A DNA stretch of 54,354 bases from an uncultured Collinsella sp. (lineage in GTDB: Bacteria; Actinomycetota; Coriobacteriia; Coriobacteriales; Coriobacteriaceae), in the NCBI GenBank assembly GCA_900549555.1, contig UROO01000001.1, positions 1 through 54,354 on the forward strand, given 5' to 3'. The notes under the pieces were generated by a model. That model did not search any database, was not told where the DNA came from, and saw nothing but the letters and a program-made list of their open reading frames with translations. The position numbers and the translations under genes are program-made. How positions within the stretch are numbered: the stretch's first letter is position 1; each line of letters opens with the position of its first letter. Positions 46,084-54,354 of the stretch are shown piece by piece.

Positions 46084-46241
46084 CCCATCTATAGCACGCA
46101 TCGTCCACCCGCCCGGCATCCGCATTCTTTGCGAACTGGGCAAACGCGCTCCACACCACGCCGTTCCTGCGCTATCGTGGGACAGCTCACGTAGATTAAG
46201 GCCCCATTGCGGGGCGCCCCATACATAGAAAGCGAGAACCC

Positions 46242-46541
46242 ATGGCACTGACAGGAGCCCAGGTCAAGCAGCTTCGCAGCATGGCCCATCACCTCAACCC
46301 CGCCATCATCATCGGTAAGTCCGATGTCAACGAGGGCACCGTCGAGCAGACGGTCGCCTACCTGGAGAAGCACGAGCTCGTTAAGTGCTCCGTGCTGGAC
46401 GGCTCCAGCCTTTCTGCCCGCGAGGCCGCCGAGGAGCTCGCCGAGCGCTGCCACGCCGACGTCGTTCAGGTTATCGGCCGCAAGTTCTCGCTGTATCGCG
46501 AGTCCTCGCGCAAGGATATCGAGAAGATCAAGCTCGTCTAA
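46242..46541 (+). CDS. yhbY: YhbY/CRM RNA-binding protein
   Basis: LRSMAHHLNP..IIGK, HELVK, VQVIGR. Confidence 0.92.
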   Translation: MALTGAQVKQLRSMAHHLNPAIIIGKSDVNEGTVEQTVAYLEKHELVKCSVLDGSSLSAREAAEELAERCHADVVQVIGRKFSLYRESSRKDIEKIKLV

Positions 46542-46600
46542 AACCGGCTGGTCATACCGAGCAAGCCTGTGGGCGTCCGATTGATTCGGGCGCCCGTTTT

Positions 46601-49597
46601 TTATCGCTCGACAAGCACGCGCTTGAGCCTGCCTTCGACCAAGCGCTCATACAGGCGCCTTGTCTCCGGCTCAGGCACACCTTGAACCTGCTCTCTCAGG
46701 TGGTGCATGTGGCCGCTGTACAGCTCAACAACATCGCGGCGTCGTCCCGCTGCGCCGTAAACGCGCATGGCGCAGCGAACCATGTCCTCCCGCGCCGTCT
46801 CCTGGCGAAGCCCCGATTCCACGAGCCAAATTGCCGATTGCAGGTCATTTTCCTCGAGAGCGGCATTCGCTCCCCTAATCATGCAGTCGATGTACTTGGA
46901 TTGCATAATGCGGCGCATGCGCGTAAAGAACGTGGGATTGCAACCGGTGGGAACATACAGCGGACCCGCGTAGAGCTGCTCAACCTTAAGACATAGCTCA
47001 ATCAGGTGAGGCCCTCTCGCACCCATGCGGTTTCCCAGAATCTCGCGGCTCAGCTGATCAAAGAGTCTTACATCGGTCTTAACGTAGTCGCCGTTGAGCC
47101 CTATGCACTCGTTTTGGATGAGCACGCACGACTTGCCATCCGGCGTTGGACCCAAAGCCGAGCGCAAGCGCGATACCGTCGAATACAGATTGTTGCGCGC
47201 GGCGTTAAACTCGGCATGGGGCCACAACTCCATGGCGATTGTCTCGCGGTCGACCATGGCGTCCATACCCAACGCAAGGCGTTCGGCAAGCGTTGCCGCC
47301 TTTTTGCGGCGCCACATCTTATCCGTGATGGGAAAACCGTCGCGCTCGGCGCGAAACGCGCCAAACATGCGCATCTCAATATGGCCGATAGCATCGACAG
47401 CCTCAACCTCGCCCGCCTGGAACAGGTGCTCACTTTCGCCCTCAAAGTCATCGCGTAGTGAATACCGCGACAGCTCGCGCACCGGAAGCTTCTTGCGAAT
47501 CCTGACGGCAGGCTCGCCCAGGCAATGCATCGCAAGACGCGCAAAAAGCCGATACGATGGGTCTAAAATCCCTGAGCGATTCATAGACATCCAGGCGGCA
47601 AGATCGCTATCGCGGCCCGCAGCGGCCAGATGCAGCGCCACGATCCAGGCTTCCGAGCCACCGACCTGAGTCTTGCTCATATCGAGCAGCTCCGCCTCTT
47701 CGCGAACCGATACCAGCGACGTATTGCGCAGATACGCCACGCGCTCCAGCAGCAATGCGTTTTCGCGCATGTACGTAATCGATTCGTCAGCGAGCTTGAG
47801 CACCTGAACCGCGCGGAACTTTGCGTTGACCGGCCGCCCCTCCGCCAGCGATTGCCAACCCTCCAGCAATAACCCAAACAGCTGAATTTGATTGTCGCGA
47901 ACACGCACCGCAAAGCGGTCGAGCTCGCCAAATGCCACATCGTCGGTCACGGGCAAGCCCGCGAGCAGGCGCCGCGCTGCCAGCACCATGCGCAACCAAA
48001 TGGATGGCGCCTTAAGCCCACGGATATCGAGTGCCTCGAGTATCTGAGCCATCTTGTCATCGCGCTCGTCGGGTTTAGTAAACGAGCCGTCGAACAGCTC
48101 CACCAGCATATGGTCGGCCTGTATGAGAATCCCCGCAATGTCGAGCTCGCAATCATAGGCTTTGCATACCTTGAGCTTCGCGAGAACATTGCCGTCTTCC
48201 GCTCGCTCGGTTAGGTGGCGCTTGACCTCGATATGCGCGGACAGCATGTCGAGCACCTCGCAGGATGTCTGTTCTTGCAAAACAGGGTTGGCGGGAAGCC
48301 CCAGGTCATTGTCGCCGTAAAAGGCGATAGTGAGCGCCTGGGCTATTTTCAGGGTAGCGGGGTCGACCTCGCGAGCCGCCTGGTCACCCGCACGTTCGAT
48401 AACGGACGCCATATACCTTGCTAGCTTTGTATTGCACACGCTGACAGCCGCCAGATACACGCCGAGTGCCTCAGCGGGTGCCGGCTCTTGCTCCTGGCTT
48501 TCTGCATTGATCATCGCCGTCGCCGCACGGCAAATGTCCCCTCCGTGCCCGGTCAGGGCAAGATCGACCCCATACTGCCCGGCCAGCTCCAACACCACAC
48601 GGCGGTCCAAGAATGCATCAGCCAGGTCCATGGCCAAATCGCATCGGCCTGCCTTAATCAAAATGCGAGCAGCCCGCGATACAAGTTCGGGACGGATCTC
48701 GGCAACAAGCTTTCGCAGCCTCAGGCGCGCGTTGTCCTTAGCGCCCAAACACCTAAAGGTGCGATCAGACGGTTCCACGCCAAAAATCGGATAATCGCGC
48801 ACAAAGATGGACTGGTCGACCATCGAAAGCCTCACACCGCACGCCTCTAGCTCCGCAATGCGACCCTCGCCCATCAGTACCATCAAACAGGCAACGGTAA
48901 ACAACAGGTTGTTCTCGAGCGATGCGAGATCGGCCAGCGCCGCACCGTACACGTTGACGATTTCGTTCTCGAGCAACCCGGCAACATCGCCCTGTCCATA
49001 CATTCCCGTCTGCAGGGCAGATACCAGCTCTGGTACACCCTGTGTGAGCCGATAGAAATCAAGCGATGTGCTGATTGAGAACGCCGTGGCCCATGACGAA
49101 TACTCGTAGGCGTGCACCTTGAGCATCTGTGCATTGACTTTTACAGAATCGCCCAGCCCGTGGATAAGCAATCGGTTGGAGGGGCGGCAGGCAATAAAGA
49201 CCCCCGTCCCCGTAGCACGTAAGCTGCGGATTCGATCGATAAGGTCCTCGGTTTCGTGCTGCTCGAGATTGGGCACGTTGTCGATCGCAACGAGCGAATG
49301 AGGTTTGTCCTTAAGCTCATCGGCGACAACCTCGAGCTGCATAAAGAGCTCGCGTCCAATCGCGCGGTCGGCCTCGATAATCCGAACCGGCCCTCGCGTG
49401 GGGTCCGATTTAACCTCCTGCACGTATTGCAGCAACACCGACGTCTTACCAAACCCATCGGGCGCGTAGAGCAAAACAATTCCCGCCTTGCGCCCTTTAA
49501 CGATGAGCTCATTCATCAAGCGATCGCGCCGCACCATATAGCCGCCGCCCGTCGACATCAACTCGAGGTCGTCAGTATTGCCCAGATCGTTTACCAT
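46601..49597 (-). CDS. Large regulator: P-loop N-terminus, C-terminal wHTH + BTAD
   Basis: APDGFGKT; LWP...ARNNLY..VSRLR; LYAGPL; PEPETRRLY. Confidence 0.8.
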   Translation of the reverse strand: MVNDLGNTDDLELMSTGGGYMVRRDRLMNELIVKGRKAGIVLLYAPDGFGKTSVLLQYVQEVKSDPTRGPVRIIEADRAIGRELFMQLEVVADELKDKPHSLVAIDNVPNLEQHETEDLIDRIRSLRATGTGVFIACRPSNRLLIHGLGDSVKVNAQMLKVHAYEYSSWATAFSISTSLDFYRLTQGVPELVSALQTGMYGQGDVAGLLENEIVNVYGAALADLASLENNLLFTVACLMVLMGEGRIAELEACGVRLSMVDQSIFVRDYPIFGVEPSDRTFRCLGAKDNARLRLRKLVAEIRPELVSRAARILIKAGRCDLAMDLADAFLDRRVVLELAGQYGVDLALTGHGGDICRAATAMINAESQEQEPAPAEALGVYLAAVSVCNTKLARYMASVIERAGDQAAREVDPATLKIAQALTIAFYGDNDLGLPANPVLQEQTSCEVLDMLSAHIEVKRHLTERAEDGNVLAKLKVCKAYDCELDIAGILIQADHMLVELFDGSFTKPDERDDKMAQILEALDIRGLKAPSIWLRMVLAARRLLAGLPVTDDVAFGELDRFAVRVRDNQIQLFGLLLEGWQSLAEGRPVNAKFRAVQVLKLADESITYMRENALLLERVAYLRNTSLVSVREEAELLDMSKTQVGGSEAWIVALHLAAAGRDSDLAAWMSMNRSGILDPSYRLFARLAMHCLGEPAVRIRKKLPVRELSRYSLRDDFEGESEHLFQAGEVEAVDAIGHIEMRMFGAFRAERDGFPITDKMWRRKKAATLAERLALGMDAMVDRETIAMELWPHAEFNAARNNLYSTVSRLRSALGPTPDGKSCVLIQNECIGLNGDYVKTDVRLFDQLSREILGNRMGARGPHLIELCLKVEQLYAGPLYVPTGCNPTFFTRMRRIMQSKYIDCMIRGANAALEENDLQSAIWLVESGLRQETAREDMVRCAMRVYGAAGRRRDVVELYSGHMHHLREQVQGVPEPETRRLYERLVEGRLKRVLVER

Positions 49598-49987
49598 GCT
49601 TGCTCCTCAACTCGACCATATGGACACCGTAGCTGCAGGACCATATGAGCCGCCCCGTGAATAGCGCGACTTAGAGTTTTTAATTGTCTGCCGGTACGTG
49701 TTTGGCAAGTTTTTGTACAGCGAGGCCCGATGGTAACTTATCTCCCGACCAATAGGTCTTTGCGCAGGTCAATGCGCTTGCCAGCATGTCCCATCCCATT
49801 TGCAGTGTAGCGTAGTCGGCTATTTTTATTTGAGTTGCGCAACTCGCCTACTCCTCGCTACCGCCTGCGACTCTATGGTGGCAAATATGCATAGTATCTG
49901 CTATAGAATGAATCTCATGATTTAGAACCAACTCGCCAAGCATGTGGCAAGGTTTCCGTCATGCATACGTTACGGCCTATGTCCACT

Positions 49988-50018
49988 AAAAAGGCCCCCG
50001 CAAAGCGAGGGCCTTTTG
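49988..50018 (-). terminator. nagB terminator
   Basis: AAAAGGCCC-CCGCAAAGCGA-GGGCCTTTT. Confidence 0.65.
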
Positions 50019-50046
50019 AAAAGCTATGTGAGATCGCTTGGTCGCG

Positions 50047-50775
50047 TTACTCGCAGAGCGAAAGAGCGGCCTCGTCAGCAACGACGACGCAATTGGTGTG
50101 GAGCTGCAGGATCGAAGCGGGGCACTTGGGCGTAACCGGGCCATAGCACATATCGTGCACGGCCTGAGCCTTGGCCTCGCCGTTGGCGACAACCAGGATC
50201 ATGCGGGCATACATGATGGTCTGAGTACCCATGGTGTAAGCCTGGCGGGGCACATCATCGATGCTGTCGAACAGGCGGCTGTTGGCCTGAATGGTGCTCT
50301 CGGTCAGATCGACGCAGTGCGTACCCTTGGAGAAGTGGTCATCGGGCTCGTTGAAGCCAATATGACCGTTATTACCAATGCCGAGCAGCTGCAGATCGGG
50401 GTAACCGGCGGCAGCGACGATCTTGTCGTACTCGGAGCAGGCAGCAGCGGCATCGGGGTTGGAGCCATCGGGCACGTGCGTGTTGTTCAGATCGATATTG
50501 ATGTGATCGAAGAAGTTCTCACGCATAAAGTAGTGGTAGCTCTGGGGATCGTCGTGCGAAAGACCACGATACTCGTCGAGGTTGTAGGTGCTGACCTCGG
50601 CAAAGTCGACGTCACCCTTCTCGTACCAAGCGGCGAGCTGCTTGTAGGCGCCAATCGGGGTGGAGCCGGTGGCAAGACCCAGCACGCAATCGGGCTTGAG
50701 GATAACCTGGGCCGAGATGATATTGGCGGCCTTGCGGCTCATATCCTCGTAGTCTTTAGCTTTAATGATCTTCAT
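50047..50775 (-). CDS. nagB: Glucosamine-6-phosphate deaminase
   Basis: LGLATGSTP, NLDEY, GIGNNGHIGFNEP, PASILQLH. Confidence 0.96.
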   Translation of the reverse strand: MKIIKAKDYEDMSRKAANIISAQVILKPDCVLGLATGSTPIGAYKQLAAWYEKGDVDFAEVSTYNLDEYRGLSHDDPQSYHYFMRENFFDHINIDLNNTHVPDGSNPDAAAACSEYDKIVAAAGYPDLQLLGIGNNGHIGFNEPDDHFSKGTHCVDLTESTIQANSRLFDSIDDVPRQAYTMGTQTIMYARMILVVANGEAKAQAVHDMCYGPVTPKCPASILQLHTNCVVVADEAALSLCE

Positions 50776-51046
50776 TACGCGTCCTTTCTCGTACAAGAGA
50801 GGCAAGGCTCTCCTTACAAGCACTTGCCCGCGGCCCGCGTCGGCCGCAACCAACGTGTGCGGCCACCAGGGCGAGGTCGCGTAATGTATGTGTCTCGTGT
50901 CTAGCCGCGTCGAGGCCCCTGCCCGTCCACGGTGACCCAAAGCTGTTTAGCTTCGGACAAATCCCATCTTGCCACGGAGGGCGTCCTCTTTCAAGGGCGC
51001 CCTCCGTAAACGTGTTTGAATTGTAGGCTAAAGGCAAAGCGCCTTG

Positions 51047-51544
51047 CTAGCGCTCGCGAGCGACGATGAGTTGGTCCATCTCCTCGACATGCTCGCCAAC
51101 GGAACCCTTGATACTCGAGAACTCAACGGAGTTGCACACCAAGATGGGGACCGTCACATCGTAGCCCTCGGCAGCAATTGCCTCGCGATCGAACTCGATG
51201 AGCACGTCACCCTTATGGACGATGTCGCCCACTTGCGCATGTACGGTAAAGTGCTTGCCCTCGAGCTGAACAGTGTCCAAACCAACGTGGATGAGCACGT
51301 CCAGACCATCGACCGTGTTAAGCGCAACGGCGTGTCCAGTGGGAAAAATGGCCTCGACCTTGGCGTCTGCCGGCGCAATCACGCGCGTGCCAGTAGGCTG
51401 AATCGCCACGCCCTGGCCCAAAAGGCCGGTGGCAAACGTCTGGTCATTGACCTCGGACAACGGAATGACATCGCCCGAGATGGGAGCATCCAGCGTAAGG
51501 ACTCGACCACGCATACCAAAAGACCTTAGGACTTTAGTGAACAT
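51047..51544 (-). CDS. PTS glucose-family EIIA component
   Basis: DQTFA..LGQG, FPTGHA, LIHVGLDTV. Confidence 0.92.
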   Translation of the reverse strand: MFTKVLRSFGMRGRVLTLDAPISGDVIPLSEVNDQTFATGLLGQGVAIQPTGTRVIAPADAKVEAIFPTGHAVALNTVDGLDVLIHVGLDTVQLEGKHFTVHAQVGDIVHKGDVLIEFDREAIAAEGYDVTVPILVCNSVEFSSIKGSVGEHVEEMDQLIVARER

Positions 51545-51615
51545 GCTCCCCCTCGGACATACCAATCAATCAAAATAACCTTGTCAGTTTACCACTTGGC
51601 ACCCGTATTTGGCCA

Positions 51616-52953
51616 TTAGGGAAGTTCGCGCTTGACAACCTCGACGATATCGTCAACAACGCGCTGGGTCAGCTCGTGCGTCTCCGCCTCGGCCATAACG
51701 CGAACTAGCGGCTCGGTACCGCTCGGGCGCACCAAGATGCGGCCGCGACCGTTGAGCTCCTTCTCGGCGGCAGCGACGGCGTCCCAAATGGGCTGGCAAT
51801 CGTCCAGGCCGGCCTTGTTGTCCGAATGCACGTTGACGAGCACCTGCGGGTACTTCTTCATGATGCCGGCAAGGTCGGTAAGGGTGCGGCCGGTGCGCTT
51901 GAGCACGGCCAGCAGCTGCAGAGCCGTCACCAGACCGTCGCCGGTGGTGTTGTGCTCCAGGAAGATGATGTGGCCGGACTGCTCGCCACCGATAACGGCA
52001 CCGTCCTCGAGCATGCGCTCAAGAACATAGCGGTCGCCCACGGCGGTCTGGACCATCTCAAAGCCCTGCTCCTTCATTGCGATGGAGAAGCCCAGGTTGC
52101 ACATGACGGTCGAGACGATCTCGGAGTTGGCGAGCTTGCCGCGAGCAGCAAGGTCGGAGCCGCAGATAGCCAGGATGTAGTCGCCATCGATCTCGTTGCC
52201 CTCGCTGTCCACGAACAGCACACGATCGGCGTCGCCGTCGTGGGCAAGGCCGATATCGGCGTGGGTACGCAGCACGAGCTCGCGCAGGGGCTCAAGGTGC
52301 GTGGAGCCACACTCGACGTTAATGTCAGTGCCGCAGTAATCGGTGTTGATGGCATGCACCGTGGCGCCCAGGCGCTGCAGCGCGGCAGGCGTGGTCTGGC
52401 AGGAAGCACCGTGACCGCAGTCGACGGCAACAACCAGGCCGTCGAGCTTAAGGCCGTCTAGCGTGCTGATGGCATGATCGACATAGGCCTTGCGGGCGTC
52501 CTTCATCTTGATGATGTGACCCACACCGGCGCCGGTCGGCAGCGTATCGGCAGCCATGGCCTCCTCGGACATGACCCAGGCGCTGATCTCTTCCTCGACA
52601 GCATCGGGAAGCTTCATGCCCTTGCGGCTAAAGAACTTGATGCCGTTGAACTCCGGCGGATTGTGCGAAGCGGAGATGACGATGCCGCCGTCGAGCTCGT
52701 TTTGGACGGTAAGCAGTGCCACGGCCGGCGTAGGAATAACGCCGCAGCAGTGCGGGCGGCCGCCCTCGGCCATAATGCCAGCAGTCAGAGCGCTCTCGAG
52801 CATGGTACCCGAAAGACGCGTGTCGCGGCCAATGCAGATGTCCGGACCAAGGAACTTGGTCGCCGCACGGCCAAGGCGAAACGCGAGGTCGCACGAAAGG
52901 TCGGCGTTGGCGACGCCACGGACGCCGTCGGTACCGAAGATGTTCTGGGGCAT
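51616..52953 (-). CDS. glmM: Phosphoglucosamine mutase
   Basis: FGTDGVRG, SASHNP, DGDADR, GEQSGH, RPSGTEP. Confidence 0.96.
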   Translation of the reverse strand: MPQNIFGTDGVRGVANADLSCDLAFRLGRAATKFLGPDICIGRDTRLSGTMLESALTAGIMAEGGRPHCCGVIPTPAVALLTVQNELDGGIVISASHNPPEFNGIKFFSRKGMKLPDAVEEEISAWVMSEEAMAADTLPTGAGVGHIIKMKDARKAYVDHAISTLDGLKLDGLVVAVDCGHGASCQTTPAALQRLGATVHAINTDYCGTDINVECGSTHLEPLRELVLRTHADIGLAHDGDADRVLFVDSEGNEIDGDYILAICGSDLAARGKLANSEIVSTVMCNLGFSIAMKEQGFEMVQTAVGDRYVLERMLEDGAVIGGEQSGHIIFLEHNTTGDGLVTALQLLAVLKRTGRTLTDLAGIMKKYPQVLVNVHSDNKAGLDDCQPIWDAVAAAEKELNGRGRILVRPSGTEPLVRVMAEAETHELTQRVVDDIVEVVKRELP

Positions 52954-53009
52954 AGGACCGCTCCTTCCCAAGTGGGCAAAACGCAGTCGCCCACCCTAGT
53001 CGAAAAAGA

Positions 53010-53047
53010 AAAGCGGGACCCGCCGAGCAATCGGCAGGCCCCGCTTG
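53010..53047 (-). terminator. rpsI terminator
   Basis: AAGCGGG...CCCGCTT stem next to an A-run on + strand. Confidence 0.6.
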
Positions 53048-53076
53048 TACATTGTATCTCGTAAGGAGATAAAACC

Positions 53077-53472
<396 letters not shown>

Positions 53473-53474
53473 CT

Positions 53475-53918
53475 TTAAGCCTCCAGCTCAATCTTCGTGG
53501 GGTTCTGGGCAGCGTGCGGATGCTCGGCACCAGCGTAGACCTTAAGCTTGGTCATCTGGGCACGGCCGAGGGTGGTCTTGGGCAGCATACCGCGAACGGC
53601 GCGCTCGATGACCTTCTCCGGGTGCTTCTCCATAGCCTGGCGGAAGCTCTCAGCCTTGAGGCCGCCGTTGTAGCCGCTGTGGCGATAATAGGTCTTCGTG
53701 TCGGCCTTGTTACCGGTAAGCTGGACCTTATCGGCGTTGATGACGACAACGAAGTCGCCGCAGTCGCTGTTGGGCGTGAACTGGGGCTTGTTCTTACCAC
53801 GCAGGATCATTGCGATCTGGGTGGCAAGACGGCCCAGGACAGCACCATCGGCGTCGACGAGAACCCAGTTGCGCTGGACCTCGCCCTGCTTGGCGTAGTG
53901 AGTCGATTTCGAAATCAC
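53475..53918 (-). CDS. rplM: 50S ribosomal protein L13
   Basis: [31 protein letters not shown]. Confidence 0.98.
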   Translation of the reverse strand: MISKSTHYAKQGEVQRNWVLVDADGAVLGRLATQIAMILRGKNKPQFTPNSDCGDFVVVINADKVQLTGNKADTKTYYRHSGYNGGLKAESFRQAMEKHPEKVIERAVRGMLPKTTLGRAQMTKLKVYAGAEHPHAAQNPTKIELEA

Positions 53919-54075
53919 TTAGACTCCTCCATGTACAGTACGTGTTGTTACAGAGATTCACGGGGCTCTGCAAGTAACCCGTCCATATTACCCCGCTCGC
54001 CGCCCGAGTCAACAGGTATTTTGGCTCCGACCAGAGTTTCTGCACATGTCGTCCATGGGTCATGACGTCGCGACG

Positions 54076-54303
54076 CTAGCGCTCGACAAACGCCTCGATA
54101 TCTCCCAGCAAACGCTTTGCCTCCTGGCGGCCCTGAATATACAGATCGAGCAGCTTTGCAGAATCGTGCTCAACGTGGCCGACCTCGACCGGCTTTTGCG
54201 GAGCAACGACCAGCGCGCGGCCCTCGCGCTCATACTTCCACAGATGCATGCGCTGGATGTTATAGCGGTCGTGGCGCGTCTCGATAGCCTCGAGCAGGTA
54301 GGG
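54076..54303 (-). CDS. 3' fragment of a gene, probably patatin-family C-terminus; truncated by contig end
   Basis: Reads PYLLEAIETRHDRYN...EREGRALVVAP...KLLDLYIQG...FVER*. Confidence 0.6.
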   Translation of the reverse strand, partial: PYLLEAIETRHDRYNIQRMHLWKYEREGRALVVAPQKPVEVGHVEHDSAKLLDLYIQGRQEAKRLLGDIEAFVER

Positions 54304-54305
54304 GT

Positions 54306-54354
54306 CTGTCTCTTATACACATCTGACGCTGCCGACGAACTCTAGGGTGTAGAT
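54306..54354 (+). other. Nextera/Tn5 adapter contamination
   Basis: CTGTCTCTTATACACATCT-GACGCTGCCGACGA-index ACTCTAGG-GTGTAGAT. Confidence 0.98.

Noticed and set aside
54046..54345. ORFs 54046-54345 (+) and 54060-54320 (-)
   Set aside because: Partly adapter-derived and in the wrong frame relative to the real gene fragment

Overview
High-GC actinobacterial DNA, most likely Coriobacteriia (Collinsella-like; inferred from composition and gene content, not from a search). Bases ~202-36380 are an apparently complete ~36.2 kb siphovirus-like prophage inserted at the 3' end of tRNA-Glu(TTC). Modules run: large serine integrase, CI/Cro switch, replication/recombination, HNH-terminase-head-tail, a complete diversity-generating retroelement (target gene with VR 30953-31080, avd, TR 31692-31819, RT), and lysis. 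Two highlights. (1) The DGR has 16 of 17 TR/VR mismatches at TR adenines and targets a distal tail protein. (2) The attachment core GCACCA lies inside the integrase ORF. The prophage integrase ends in an 11-aa tail read antisense from the host tRNA (PQRDSNPRYPP), whereas the reconstructed excised phage encodes a 25-aa tail ending ...RIPRAA, which resembles a protease degron. Other observations: operator palindromes, 12-bp iterons, a shared putative late-promoter motif, a triple-hairpin scaffold leader, a head protein with a nuclease-like tail, and a -1 frameshift site. The rest is host DNA (glnA type III, metF, split metH, UPF0210, methyltransferase, yhbY, BTAD regulator, nagB, PTS IIA, glmM, rpsI, rplM) with two long palindromic elements. 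The last 49 nt are Nextera adapter contamination.
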